Assembly: GCF_963921235.1 (NCBI RefSeq)
Contig: NC_086112.1
Location: forward strand, 42,532,001-42,596,000
Reading direction: 5' to 3'
Source: Mobula hypostoma
Lineage: Eukaryota
DNA: 64,000 nt
The translations under genes and the position numbers were made by a program. Of this stretch, positions 1-11,937 are shown piece by piece. Position 1 is the stretch's first letter; every line of letters begins with the position of its first letter. The notes below the pieces were generated by a model. The model ran no database searches, was not told the origin of the DNA, and saw only the letters and a list, made by a program, of their open reading frames with translations.

Positions 1-154
1 GCTTGTGCTAACTCTAATCTTGACATACAGTACATTAGCGTCAGACTAATGTTTAAGTGTATAGAGTACTTCAAGTTAATGTAACTTAATATAACAGAAC
101 ATTGGTTTGTACTATTTATGATTCACGAAAGGAAAGATTTTTTAAAAGACTTAC

Positions 155-452
155 CCACATGTCCTCCTCCCATAGTATACGTTTTTCCAGATCCTGTTTG
201 TCCATAAGCAAATACAGTGGCATTGTAACCCTCAATTGCTGATGCCACTAAAGGCCTTACACAAGCTAAGTATACATCTTCTTGCGAGGATTTTTGACCA
301 AATACAAGATCAAATGTAAAAGCACGATCTCTCCCAATTACAACCTGTTGTGTGTTTGGAACAACTCGAACACAAACTTGATGGTTGTGAAGGATCTCTT
401 TTGGAAGGAGAGGCCGAATTCTCACAGCAACTTTCACTGCAATCTCTTCCAT
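155..452 (-). CDS. KIF27: Kinesin-like protein KIF27, first coding exon (motor domain N-terminus); gene continues off the left edge
   Basis: [16 protein letters not shown]...[16 protein letters not shown] (kinesin P-loop). Donor G|GTAAGT at 154-149; acceptor ttttcttttaag ending at 550, so the exon spans 549-155. Neighbours QNG1/HNRNPK/RMI1 favour KIF27 over KIF7. Confidence 0.93.
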
Positions 453-1177
453 AGTAGATGTTTGAAAATTTTGATGTTTAAAACAGCTCTTTTACTTCTA
501 TGCATGCATTTTGAAGGTTATTTTTCTTCCATGTTCAGATGTGTGTAGACTTAAAAGAAAAAAGTATGCATGTTAAAACCTTATGAATGTGATAAGTTAG
601 TTAACTAGACTACAAAAAATGAACAAACAACAAAAACAACAGTTACATTTTTAGATTTTAAAAAAATGATGGATCGAGTAGGGAGGTGAAAGAGTGAATT
701 TTCTAAAAAGCCTTTGAAAAAGTATCACACAATAAACTAATAGGGCAAAGACTTCTGCACAGTACTGTAGAAATTTAATGTATTGCACTGTACTGCTGCC
801 ACAAAAGAAAACATATTTCATGACATATGTGAGTGATGATAAACTTGATTTTGATATGGGTCTCTTGTGGACTGAGAGTGGGAAGGGGGCAGGCAGAGGG
901 GAATTATGGTTGCGAAAGGGTTGGAGGAGATGGGAGGGAGTGGGAAGCACCAGAGAGACATTCTGTAATCATTAATAAACCAATTGTTTGGACTCAAATG
1001 ACCTTGCCTGATGTCTCAGAGCTGTGTGTGTCTGCACCTATGCCACCCCCAGCCCTGGCTTTCCTTCTCTGTCACCTGTCCTGGACCCCTCCCATAGTAC
1101 TCCACCCTCCCCATTCCCAATGTTCTTATGCTCCCAGCAGATTTACAAACTCACTCTCTGCTCCACATTGATAAATA

Positions 1178-1252
1178 CAGTACTGTGCAAAAGTCTTAGG
1201 CAGCTAGCTATATGTACTGTATATATGTGCCTGAGACTTTTGCACAGTACTA
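1178..1252. mobile_element. 75-bp Tc1/mariner-type MITE
   Basis: 25-bp TIR CAGTACTGTGCAAAAGTCTTAGGCA (1178-1202) and its inverted copy at 1228-1252 (2 mismatches), flanked by TA. Confidence 0.8.
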
Positions 1253-1562
1253 TAAATAATTGCTAAATGTATTTGGCATCAGGCACATAAAAGCTAGTGT
1301 GTGATCAGTAGAGACAGAGAAGAACAAAAAAATGACAAAGAGCAGATGAAGTCAGATAAGAAAAGGGGAGAGGGAAGATAAAGAGGCTATAAGATGACAA
1401 CTGGAATTAGCTAAAGGAGAGATAATGGACAGATAGAAGCAGATGGGGGAAGGAATGAGGAGGGTAGGCCAGAGAAGAAGAAACCAGGGTGGATAGGTGT
1501 GTGGATAATGGGCAGATGGAAATAGGACAGGATTACAAGGAGAGAGAAAACCTAGAGAGAGT

Positions 1563-4500
1563 ACAATCGTCCCTGATAACTACAGCTGCGAAAGGTGCAT
1601 CCAGCTGCGGCTCCTGACAAACCGAGTTTGGGAACTGGAGCTGGAGCTGGATGAACTTCGAATCATTCGGGAGGCAGAGGCAGAAATAGAGTGGAGTTAC
1701 AGGGAGATAGTCACCCCTAAGAGTCAGGAGACAGGTAGCTGGGTGACTGTCAGGAGAGGGAGGGGGAATAGACAGAATGAGCAGAGCACCCCTGTGGCTG
1801 TTCCCACCAATAATAAGTATATCGTTTTGGATATTGTTGACGGGGACGACCTACCAGGGACAAGTTGCAGTGATTGTGTCTCTGGCACCGAGATGGGACC
1901 CTCAATTCAGAAGGGAAGGAGGGAAAAGAGGAGAGCAGTAGTGATAGGGGATTCGATAGTTAGGGGGACAGATAAGAGGTTCTGTGGAAGAGATCGAGAT
2001 TCCCGGATGGTCTGTTGTCTCCCTGGTGCCAAGGTCCGCGATATCTTGGATCGAGTTCTTGGGATTCTCAAGAGGGAGGGTGAGTAGCCGGATGTCGTGG
2101 TCCACATAGGGAACAATGACGCAGGTAGGAAGAGTGAGGAGGTCTGAAACGTGAGTTTAGGGAGTTAGGCGCCAAGTTAAAGGACAGGACCTCCAGGATA
2201 GCAATCTCAGGATTGCTACCAGTGCCACATGCAGGCGGGTTTAGAAATAGTAAGATAGCGCAGATCAACACATGGTTGAAGACATGGTGCAGGAGGGAGG
2301 GCTTCAGATTTATAGATAATTGGACAGTTTTCCAGGGAAGGTGGGACCTGTTCCGACAAGACGGTTTACATCTGAACTGGAGGGGGACAAATATTCTTGC
2401 AGGTAGGTTTTCTAGAGAGGCTCTGGTGGATTTAAACTAGATACAAAGGGGGAGGGGAACCAGAGTGTAGGAACACATGTAGGGAAGAAGGAAGAAAAAG
2501 AAAATAGTAAAGTTGTTTGCACCGGTAGTGATAAACAGAGAGTAAGAGGTGGAAAATTTCTTAAATGCATTTATTTTGACGCTAGGAGCATTATAAGAAA
2601 GGTGGATGAGCTTAAAGCATGGATTAATACCTGGAAGTATAATGTGGTAGCTATTAGTGAAACATGGTTACAGGAGGGGTGTAATTGGCAACTAAATATT
2701 CCTGGATTTAATTGCTTCAGGTGTGATAGAATCAGAGGGACGAGCAAGAGAGGTGTTGCATTGCTTGTTAGAGAAAATATTACAGCAGTGCTCTGGCAGG
2801 ATAGAATAGAGGGCTCGTCTAGGGAGACTATTTGGGTGGAATTGAGTAATGGGAAAGGTGTAGTAACTCTTATGGGGGTGTATTATAGACCACCAAATGG
2901 GGAGCGAGAATTGGAGGAGCAAATTTGTAAGGAGATAGCAGGTATTTGTAGTAAGCACAAGGTTGTGATTGTGGGAGATTTTAATTTTCCACACATAGAC
3001 TAGGAAGCCCATACTGTAAAAGGGCTGGATGGTTTGGAGTTTGTAAAATGTGTGCAGGATAGTTTTTTTGCAGCAATACATAGAGGTACCAACTAGAGAA
3101 GGGGCAGTGTTGGATCTCCTGTTACGGAATGAGATAGGTCAGGTGACGGAGGTTTATGTTGGGGAGCACTTCGGGTCCAGTGATCACAATGCTATTAGTT
3201 TCAATACAATTATGGAGAAGGATAGGTCTGGACCCAGGGTTGAGATTTTTGATTGGAGAAAGGCTAACTTTGAGGAGATGCGAAAGGATTTGGAAGGAGG
3301 GGATTGGGACAATTTGTTTTATGGGAAGAATGTAATAGAGAAATGGAGGTCATTTAAAGGTGAAATTTTGAGAGTACAGAATATTATATTCCTGTTAGGT
3401 TGAAAGGAAAGGTTAAAAGTTTGAGAGAGCCATGGTTTTCAAGGGATATTGGAAACTTGGTTCGGAAAAAGAGAGATATCTACAATAAATATAGGCAGCA
3501 TGGAGTAAATGAGGTGCTCGAGGAATATAAAGAATGTAAAAAGAATCCTAAGAAAGAAATTAGAAAAGCTAAAAGAAGATATGAGGTTGCTTTGGCAAGT
3601 AAGGTGAAAATAAATCCCAAGGGTTTCTACCGATATATTAACAGCAAAAGGATAGTGAGGGATAAAATTGGTCCCTTAGAGAATCAGAGTGGACAGCTAT
3701 GGGTGGAGCCAAAAGAGATGGGGGAGATTCTGAACAATTTCTTTTCTTCAGTATTCACTAAGGAGAAGGATATTGAATTGTGTAAGATAAGGGAAACAGG
3801 TAGGGAAGTTATGGAAACTATGATGATTAAAGAAGAGGAAGTAGTGGAGCTTTTAAGGAATATAAAAGTGGATAAGTCTTCGGGTCCTGACAGGATATTC
3901 CCTAGGACCTTGAGGGAAGTTAGTGCGGAAATAGCAGGGGCTCTGACAGAAATATTTCAAATGTCATTCGAAATGGAGATGGTGCCGGAGGATTGGCATA
4001 TTGCTCATGTTGTTCCATTGTTTAAAAAGTGTTCTAAGACGAAACCTAGCAATTATCGGCCTGTGAGTTTGATATCAGTGGTGGGTAAATTGATGGAAAG
4101 TATTCTTAGAGATGGTATATATAATTATCTGGATAGACTGGGTCTGATTAGGAACAGTCAACATGGATTTGTACGTGGAAGGTCATGTTTGACAAATCTT
4201 ATTGAATTTTTTGAAGAGGTTACTAGGAAGGTTGACGAGGGTAAAGCAGTGGATGTTGTCTATATGGACTTCAGTAAGGCCTTTGACAAGGTCCCACATG
4301 GAAGGTTGGTTAGGAAGGTTCAATCATTAGGTATTAATATTGAAGTAGTAAAATGGATTCAGCAGTGGCTGGATGGGAGACGCCAGAGAGTGGTGGTGGA
4401 AAACTGTTTGTCAGATTGGAGACCAGTGACTAGTGGTGTGCCTCAGGGATCTGTACTGGGTCCAATGTTATTTGTCATATACATTAATGATCTGGATGAT

Positions 4501-5439
4501 GGGGTGGTAAATTGGATGAGTAAGTATGTATATGATACTAAGATAGGTGGAGTTATGGATAATGAAGTAGGTTTTCAAAGCTTGCAGAGAGATTTAGGCC
4601 AGTTAGAAGAGTGGGCTGAAAGATGGCAGATGGAGTTTAATGCTGATAAATGTGAGGTGCTATATTTTGGTAGGACTAATCAAAATAGGACATACATGGT
4701 AAATGGTAGGGCGTTGAAGAATGCAGTAGAACAGAGGGATCTAGGAATAATGGTGCATAGTTCCCTGAAGGTGGAATCTCTTGTGGATAGGATGGTGAAG
4801 AAAGCTTTTGGTATGCTGGCCTTTATAAATCAGAGCATTGAGTATAGGAGTTGGGATGTAATGCTGAAATTGTACAAGGCATTGGTGAGGCCAAATTTGG
4901 AGTATTGTGTACAGTTTTGGTCACCGAATTATAGGAAAGATGTCAACAAATTAGAGAGAGTACAGATAAGATTTACTAGAACATTACCTGGGTTTCATCA
5001 CCTAAGTTACAGAGAAAGGTTGAACAAGTTGGGTCTTTATTCTTTGGAATGTAAAAGGTTGAGGGGGGACTTGATAGAGGTATTTAAAATTATGAGGGGG
5101 ATAGATAGAGTTAACGTGGATAGGCTTTTTCCATTGGGAGTGGGGGAGATTCAAACAAGAGGACATGAGTTGAGAGTTAAAGGGCAAAAGTTTAGGGGTA
5201 ACATGAGGGGAACTTCTTTACTCAGAGAGTGGTAGCTGTGTGGAACGAGCTTCCAGCGGAAGTGGTTGAGGCAGGTTCGATGTTGTCGTTTAAAGTTAAA
5301 TTGGACAGCTATATGGATAGGAAAGGCGGTTTATGGGCTGAGTGCAGGTCGGTGGGACTAGGTGAGAGTAAGAGTTTGGCATGGACTAGAAGGGCCAAGA
5401 CGGCCTGTTTCCGTGCTGTAATTGTTATATGGTTATATA
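1563..5439 (+). mobile_element. Near full-length CR1-clade LINE (ORF1 SGNH-esterase; ORF2 APE endonuclease + RT), inactivated
   Basis: ORF1 VVIGDSIVRG...DGLHLN; endonuclease ISETW, VGDFNFP, SDH; RT YRPVSL, DFSKAFD, GVPQGSVLGP. Stops at 2085-2087 and 3001-3003, several frameshifts, and the RT motif reads YVYDT instead of (F/Y)ADDT. Short repeat tail (gttatat). Confidence 0.93.
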
Positions 5440-5830
5440 GATGAACCAATGTGAGTAGGAAAGGAAAATGAGGGAGTGGGCTACATGAAATTGGAAAATG
5501 TTCAGACCATTGGGTTGTAGGCTACCCAAGTGGAATATGAGATTCTGTTCTCCAGTTGGTGTTTGGCTTCACGAAGACCATAGAGAAGGCCAAAGTCAGA
5601 CGGGATGGTGTGGGAATGAGAAGAGGAATTGAAATGATATGCAATTGGAAACTCAAGAAGATAGTACTTGCTGACAAATATTGGTGATATACAAAATGGT
5701 CTTCTAGTCTATGATTGGTGTTGCCAAGCCTGAATACCTACCTCACATGCAAGAGTTGTTTAGCTCCCTGGATAGTGCTGGGGAAGGTGGTGTAGAGCAA
5801 GTGTTACCCCTCCTATGATTGCAGGAAAAA
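5440..5830 (-). mobile_element. Old Penelope-like element remnant (GIY-YIG C-terminus), split by the CR1; other part about 1280-1560
   Basis: Reverse strand near 5500-5555 reads LIFHLGSLQPNGLN-like. The purine-rich tract resembles the other copies in the window. Confidence 0.55.
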
Positions 5831-6249
5831 GTGCTAGATACAATCTCAAAAAGTTGAAATAGATTTGTCAAAAAATTGAAATAGATTTGTCAAAAAATAT
5901 TCCCCTTTCATAAATCAATGTTGAATCAGAGTCAGATCAATTCACTATACAAATAACTTTTTTAGCCCACCATAACCATGCTGACTATCAGATACGCATC
6001 TATGATCTTTCCATTTTCCAGCACTTGGCCCATAGCTTTCTGTGTCCTTGTGATTCAAGTGCTCATCCAGATACACTTTCAATATTGCACAAGTACCTAC
6101 CTCCATCATTTCAACATATTTCAACTAAACTCTGGGAGAAAGAATCTTCTTCAATACTTACCTAAATGTCCATCTTCTTGCTGTAAAACGATTCCCTTTG
6201 GCTTTAGACACCACTGCAATGAGACAAAGTTTTATTACTGTCTACTTTA

Positions 6250-7000
6250 TTAATGCCCCTCACAATTTTATAGAGTCATAGAGCCATACAACATGAAAAC
6301 AGGTTTTTTGGCCATCCAGGTCTGTGTCAACTGTCAACAACAGTAATCCTACATTAATCCCATTTTTTAATTCTCTACTTCACTCAGCTCGCTTTAAACC
6401 TGCTGTACTCAAAGGAAAACAAATCTAGCCTATCCAGTCCCTCCTTAAAATGAAACACTCCATTCCAGACAATATCCTGCTCAATGACCTCTGCACCCTT
6501 TCCAATGTAATCACTTTCTTCCTATAGTGTGGCAGCCACAACTGCACAGAGTCCTTCCGCTGTGGCCTAACACTATTTCATCAGGTTCACCTCACTGTTT
6601 TATATTCTGTGCACTAACTATTGAAGGTATGTATCTTTTGGCCTTATTAATCATCTTATCCACATTCTGCCACCTTCAAGGCCCCTTGGGCTTTACTCTA
6701 AGGTCTCAATGTTCCTCAGTTCTCCCTGGAACCCAAGTATTTATCTTTACGTGTCCTAGTTATACAAATGCTCCCGAAATGCATTGCCTCACACTTACCA
6801 GGAATAAGATCTTTCTGCTTTTGTTTCACCAATCTGACCAAGTCATCAATAGCATTCTGTAAACTAAGATTACCTCTTCACTATCCAACACCACAGTCAA
6901 ATTTTGTGTCTCCTGTGAATATACTGATTATGCCTCCTCCATTTTCATCCAAATTTTTAATATATATTATAATCACTAAGGATACCAGCACCAATCACTA
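6250..7000 (-). mobile_element. Degraded CR1 3' fragment
   Basis: Decayed similarity to the RT C-terminal and 3' UTR part of the other CR1 copies. Confidence 0.5.
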
Positions 7001-7313
7001 TCATCATTGTTTTTAATTTTGCCTTTTTATCATGTTTGCTGCTGGCTATAATTGGAGATAGACTCATATGTTTGTATATTCTGTAACAAGCTGATACTGA
7101 TTAACATTTTTTGATTTCACTAACTACATGGCAGTGTAATTTCTCCTTAACTTTCTAAAGCTCCTCCTCACCAGAGTTCTCTCCGCCTCCACCTCCACTC
7201 TTCAATTAATTTAAATCTTTTTCTACAACCTTAGAGTTGTTTGATTTGCTAGGCTCTAGGTCCCAGTCTGACACATGAAGCCTGTCCAAGTGGAAATGCT
7301 TCTTCTTTCCCCT

Positions 7314-7910
7314 TATCGTAAACTTTCTTCGATCCACCCGATGCAAAGACACCACGTACTACGGTGAATGTAACTTTAACTCTTTATTAGCAAGTTACCA
7401 GAGAGAACCCTCCTTAAGCAATCTCTTGGGTTGCTCTGGAGGTCTCTGGCTTCTGAAGCAAATACAGTGCTTTTTATACATATGCAGTCACGTACATAGA
7501 TACAGGTGGGTTCACCCCCCCCTTAGTTTCTGTACAGATGAGTAGTGTTTAACTTATCAGACATAAATTGTTCGTGTAACAGCTTAATTACCCTGATGTC
7601 TGGAAACAGCCAGACATAAGCTTACCCCTCAGAGCTTCCCACCCTTGAAACAGGCATTCCTTATAATGCTTATCTAGCAAGCGCTAGGTTTCTTACAGCA
7701 GTTAATCAAACAATGGTACAAGCTGTTCTTAAGCAAGGACTGAAGTAACATGGGTCGCATACCAAGAATAATATTACCCGCTCAGCTTATCTTGTGAGAA
7801 ACACTTGTGCTTCTATGCTTTTTGCCAAACTCTTAGCCGCTATGACCCTTACAAAATAGCCAGGGTCACAAGAGGCCTGCGAGATGCTAACTTCTTAACA
7901 TTACATTACA
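7314..7910 (-). mobile_element. Solo LTR (597 bp) with 4-bp TSD
   Basis: The minus strand begins TGTAATG and ends ...ACGATA (canonical CA mutated). CCCT is duplicated at 7310-7313 and 7911-7914. TATAAAAA at 7478-7471 is followed by AATAAA at 7388-7383. Confidence 0.7.
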
Positions 7911-8019
7911 CCCTGAACTGAAGCAATTGCACTATTAATTGAAATCCATTTCTCTCACATCAATCTTTCTCCTAACAAGGCATATTTCCATCTGGCTGAG
8001 GTAAAATCCCAAGAGTATT

Positions 8020-8280
8020 AACTCCCTGGGCCTCCTGTCCCATGATCCTCTCATATCCCTTTTGCCAATCACCTGTCCAGCTCTTGGCTCCATCCCTCCC
8101 CCTCCTGTCTTCTCCTATCATTTTGGATCTCCCCCTCCCCCTCCCACTTTCAAATCTCTTACTAACTCTTCCTTCAGTTCGTCCTGACGAAGGGTCTCGG
8201 CCTGAAACGTCGACTGTACCTCTTCCTAGAGATGCTGCCTGGCCTGCTGCGTTCACCAGCAACTTTGATGTGTGTTGCAA
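8020..8280 (+). mobile_element. Penelope-like 3' terminal repeat with hammerhead core
   Basis: Near-identical to the reverse complement of 40207-40470; contains CTGACGA...GAAACGTC. Confidence 0.75.
8181..8214 (+). ncRNA. Minimal type-I hammerhead ribozyme motif
   Basis: gtc-CTGACGA-a-gggt-ctcg-gcct-GAAACGTC-gac: core boxes, stem II, palindromic ACGT stem III, short stem I; predicted cut after C8211. Confidence 0.7.
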
Positions 8281-8653
8281 GAGTATTAACTTTATGGTTC
8301 TACTATTAATCTGATATTCTTTCAGTAGATCCCTTTTCTTTCTCCTATCCACATCATTAGCTTCAGTGAGGATGACACTGGAGTGAGATCTCCAGTAGAT
8401 TTTCCCCTGCCATACCGTTTCTGACCAGACCTAAGGAGACTTCTTTAACTTTGGGAGGCAACATAGCCTTTAGGTCACATGCCCGCAGATCCACAGAACA
8501 GTACCCAGTTTCTTAGCTAGTCACTTGAACGTTCCCTTCCATTCCCAATATTTGAAGGACACTTGTACACAATTGTGTGTTCAGTTTATTCATGCGCTCT
8601 TGGACAGGTTCCAGGCTCTAAGGCACCTCCAACCTTATCTTCTATAAAGGAAC

Positions 8654-8686
8654 AGTCGACGTTTCAGGAACCCCTGCATCAGAACT
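8654..8686 (-). ncRNA. Variant minimal hammerhead motif
   Basis: Minus strand agtt-CTGATGC-agg-ggtt-cct-GAAACGTC-gact; A9 is replaced by C. Confidence 0.45.
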
Positions 8687-8980
8687 CAAATCCATGTTGT
8701 GCGATTCTAAATCCAGAACAAACTATGAAACTCCCGATACTCTAGCCTCGATCTCTGCAGCAGAACGGCGATAATCTCCCAACTGTTGCCGACACCAGGA
8801 ACGTTTCTGGAATTACTGGACCGAGCCTCGGGGCTGCGGTCACTCACTGTCAAATAGCCACTGGCGGCTCTTTACCGAAATGCTTCGGCCGGAGCCTCTC
8901 GTTTCGCTTTATCGTTGAGTTGCAGCTGAGACATTTCACTTATTTATTCGCCAAGGATTTGCTCCTTGCCCTGGGCTTAC

Positions 8981-9040
8981 CTGCCGCCCGACTTCTCCCC
9001 GACTCCATTTACTCTGCCTCTGCCGCCAGCTTTCTGTTTA
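8981..9040 (-). other. KIF27: Candidate non-coding exon 1 of KIF27 (5' boundary approximate)
   Basis: Strong donor CAG|GTAAGC at 8980-8975 at the edge of a CpG island, just downstream of an X-box. Confidence 0.6.
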
Positions 9041-9045
9041 CCGTT

Positions 9046-9058
9046 GTCGCCTAGCAAC
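9046..9058. promoter_or_regulatory. RFX X-box
   Basis: GTCGCC-T-AGCAAC matches GTNRCC(N0-3)RGYAAC and sits at the start of a ciliary kinesin gene. Confidence 0.75.
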
Positions 9059-10221
9059 GTGACTCGAGCTCCGCGCGGCCGCCCGCTCCGCGGTGAGAGC
9101 GGTGCGCGGACCGGAAGCGGCGATTCGTGCTCAGCGCGTGCTGCCGAGGGACATTCGCGCGCATGCGCGCGGCCCCCCCCCCCCCCCTTGTTGGCGCTGG
9201 CTGGGAGCTGGAGCGGTCGGGGTGGTGAGCCGTAACGTTGTAAGTTGGCCTGCGAGTTGTGGGCGCCTCGGTTACAGTTAGTAGGAGAGACTGCGATAGC
9301 ACGCTTTCTTATCTTTGAGCAAAGCCAGCTGCAACGAACGTGTAGATTATTTGTTGTTTTCGGGAAGAGAAGCTGCTTCTCCAGGAAATCCCTCATCGCC
9401 GCAGTTCCCAGTGTGGTTCCGGAGTGCACAGCCCGGGCTTTCAGCGGACGTTTGCATCAATCACAAGTGCAGCTCAGGGATGTATGTGGTGAAATATACG
9501 TACTTTGATCATAAATTAACTTTGAACTTTGAAATCGCTCTTTGGCACCTGGGCACAGTGGTTGCAGTTCCCAGTGTAGTTCAGTTCTGCATAACTCGGG
9601 TTTTCGGCGGATTATAGCATCAGCCTTAAATTTGTATCTTCGACTTTCAAAATGTGCTTTGATGACATATTTACAAAAATAAAATAATGTTTAGCTATAT
9701 ACTATGTTTAGTAACCTGAAATAGAATCAAAATAAATGCTGAAACCGCTCAGCACGAGAGCCTAAGGAAAGAAAGTTTTGGATCAAGGCCTTCTAACAGT
9801 TATTATTTTGATTCTTTTGGCAATACTGCTGCATTCTTCTGGATATTTTAATTGTGGTTGATGAATCTTAAGTGAAGCCTGAGAGGGAATTGTCTTAGGG
9901 CAATCCTGAGTTGATCTGTACTAGTTTGAAATGAGTATTGCCTAAAATAATCTTTAAATAACCACACGCTCAATTATTCTCGTTTGTTTGCAGAAATGCA
10001 AGTCTCAAATGAACTATTCCCAAAACAGAATTTGCAGTTCTTATTTTCGATCATCCAATTAATATATAACCGTTTCTAGATGGCGACGTCTAGGCAGTTA
10101 TATAATAAAATGTTTACTAAATATGCTGAAATATCTAAATGGCTGTCTCCCAAAGCTACTGTTCCGATTTTTGTATAAATTGGATATTCACTGAAGTGAA
10201 TGGTACAGTATGCGAGAAATA

Positions 10222-10431
10222 TAACACCCAAAATGCTGGAGGAACTCCGCAGGCAGCATCTATGGAAAAGAGTAAACAGTCGAGGTTTCGGGCCTGATGA
10301 AGGGTCTTGGCCCGAAACGTCAACTGTACTTCTTTCCATAGATGCTGACTAGCCTGCTGAATTCCATCAGCATTTTGAGTGTGTTGCTTGGGTTGACGGC
10401 ATCTATAGATTTTCTCTTGTTTGTGAGAAAT
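10222..10431. mobile_element. Fold-back Penelope-derived element with hammerhead core (10294-10321, +)
   Basis: The left arm is the reverse complement of the right arm (tgctggaggaactc...gcatctatggaaa vs tttccatagatgc...gaattccatcagca). Core CTGATGA-a-gggt-cttg-gccc-GAAACGTC. Confidence 0.75.
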
Positions 10432-10903
10432 ACAGTTCTGATTTTGCAATTGTTGCAGAGCTTTTTGCATATTTTGTGTTGATTGACGACGCAACACCGA
10501 TTTATTATTTATGTACACCTCTCTCAGAATATAATGCTTTTGTGATTGAGACGTATGTGCTTTCCCTGGCTTAGGTTTATAGTGTATGTGCGATAGCCGA
10601 GCCTCAAAGGTGGGAGGTTGATCGAGTGTTTGCCTTCAGATTGCAACTATGGTTCAGTTTTTTCCCCTTGTTAGTTACGATGATAGGACAGTTGCAGTTG
10701 CATAGCGGACTGTTCCAGGAGGTGAGGTTAATGTTTAACAAGACTCAAGTCAAAGTGCTTACTATTAGTTAATGGTTATGTATGTAGGATATGAATATTA
10801 AATCTCCTGTCTGGTTTTGTTGTAACATGTTTTAATGGTTGCCAAAGATTTGTTTGGTTATTTCAATTCATTTCCCACTTTCCCCTCAAGATTTAATAAA
10901 GAA

Positions 10904-11240
10904 ATGGAGTCGAAACTGCTGCCTAAGGAAGCTGGAAAATTTATAGCTGGAAACAGTAAAGATGTCTATATTGTAGAAGATGGAGTCAAAAAGGTTGCAG
11001 AAATGCTCTTGGAAAAGTGGAATACAAAGGAACTTGATCCAACCGGATGGAAGGTGCTTCATGATCTGAATCCACAAACAATGAATGAGGAGTCCGTTAA
11101 CTGGGTATTTGTTACAGACACCCTCAATTTTTCATTTTGGTCTGAAAATGATGATAACAAGTGTTTGGTTAAGTACAAAGGCAAACTGCATAGTGGCTTT
11201 TGGTCACTTTGTGCTGCTATTAACAGAGCATTAGATGAAG
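10904..11240 (+). CDS. QNG1: Queuosine 5'-phosphate N-glycosylase/hydrolase (C9orf64, DUF2419), coding exon 1
   Basis: [15 protein letters not shown]...[15 protein letters not shown]...[13 protein letters not shown]. Acceptor tcaag at 10890, ATG at 10904, donor GTTAGT at 11241 (phase 1). Confidence 0.93.
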
Positions 11241-11937
11241 GTTAGTTCCATGTCAGATTAATTCTTTTATCTTTATTGTGGCAGATTAAGAGACTGTTTC
11301 AGAGTCCACCATTTCTTCTAAGAGATCCAGTCATAACAGTTATGACACTACTGCTGATGTAGATCTTAAAGTGCAGATGGGGAAATTAAATATTAACACA
11401 ATTGATTTTTAAATTTCCTATCATTTATTGTCAAAATAATTAAAGAATGAGAGAATTTCCATTATACAATGCTTTCACAATCTTGGTATCTAAAATCACA
11501 TTATAGTAATTGAAATATTTTGTATCTTTAACTTAGAAGCTACTGCAGCTATCTTTACAGGTATGTTTCAGTGATATTTAAGGAATAAATTCTACCGGAA
11601 TAACATCCAGTAATACTTGTAGAGCCAATATTTCTTCAGTCTAGTAACAAAGCATGCATGTGAAATTAATTTTCTTTTGTGTGGAAAATGTAAGTAAGGG
11701 GATAGAAAATGAGAGAATATCATTAAGCTGGATGTAGATTTTATATTGTGAGTTGTATGTTCCATTCTAAATCAATGGCTGGACTATAAACTCTGGCTAA
11801 TTTACAGTCTCAATCACTCTAATTTTGCCGGTGGTTGGTCTGACATTAAGAGTTGTTATAAGTAAAGTTCATCCTGGTAGATTCTCAACATTGATGACTG
11901 GATAACCATGAAAGGCTATACAGTGAATAAAAACCAA

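Larger units (their letters stand above)
8950..9300. promoter_or_regulatory. CpG-island bidirectional promoter KIF27/QNG1
   Basis: Very CpG-rich. ETS CCGGAAG at 9111-9117; NRF1 site inside the 16-bp palindrome CGCGCGCATGCGCGCG at 9156-9171. Candidate plus-strand donors GTGAGC at 9225 and GTAAGT at 9240. Confidence 0.75.

Noticed and set aside
3400-5235. 611-aa RT ORF as an active or domesticated gene
   Set aside because: It is part of CR1 ORF2, with upstream stops and frameshifts and a broken catalytic motif (YVYDT).
5849-5898. 22-bp tandem duplication
   Set aside because: Two copies only; simple slippage, not an array.
8966-9617. Overlapping GC-rich ORFs
   Set aside because: Low stop-codon frequency in a CpG island; no recognisable protein features.
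10835-10903. N-terminal extension of QNG1 in the ORF track
   Set aside because: It runs through a polypyrimidine tract and acceptor; similarity begins at ATG 10904.
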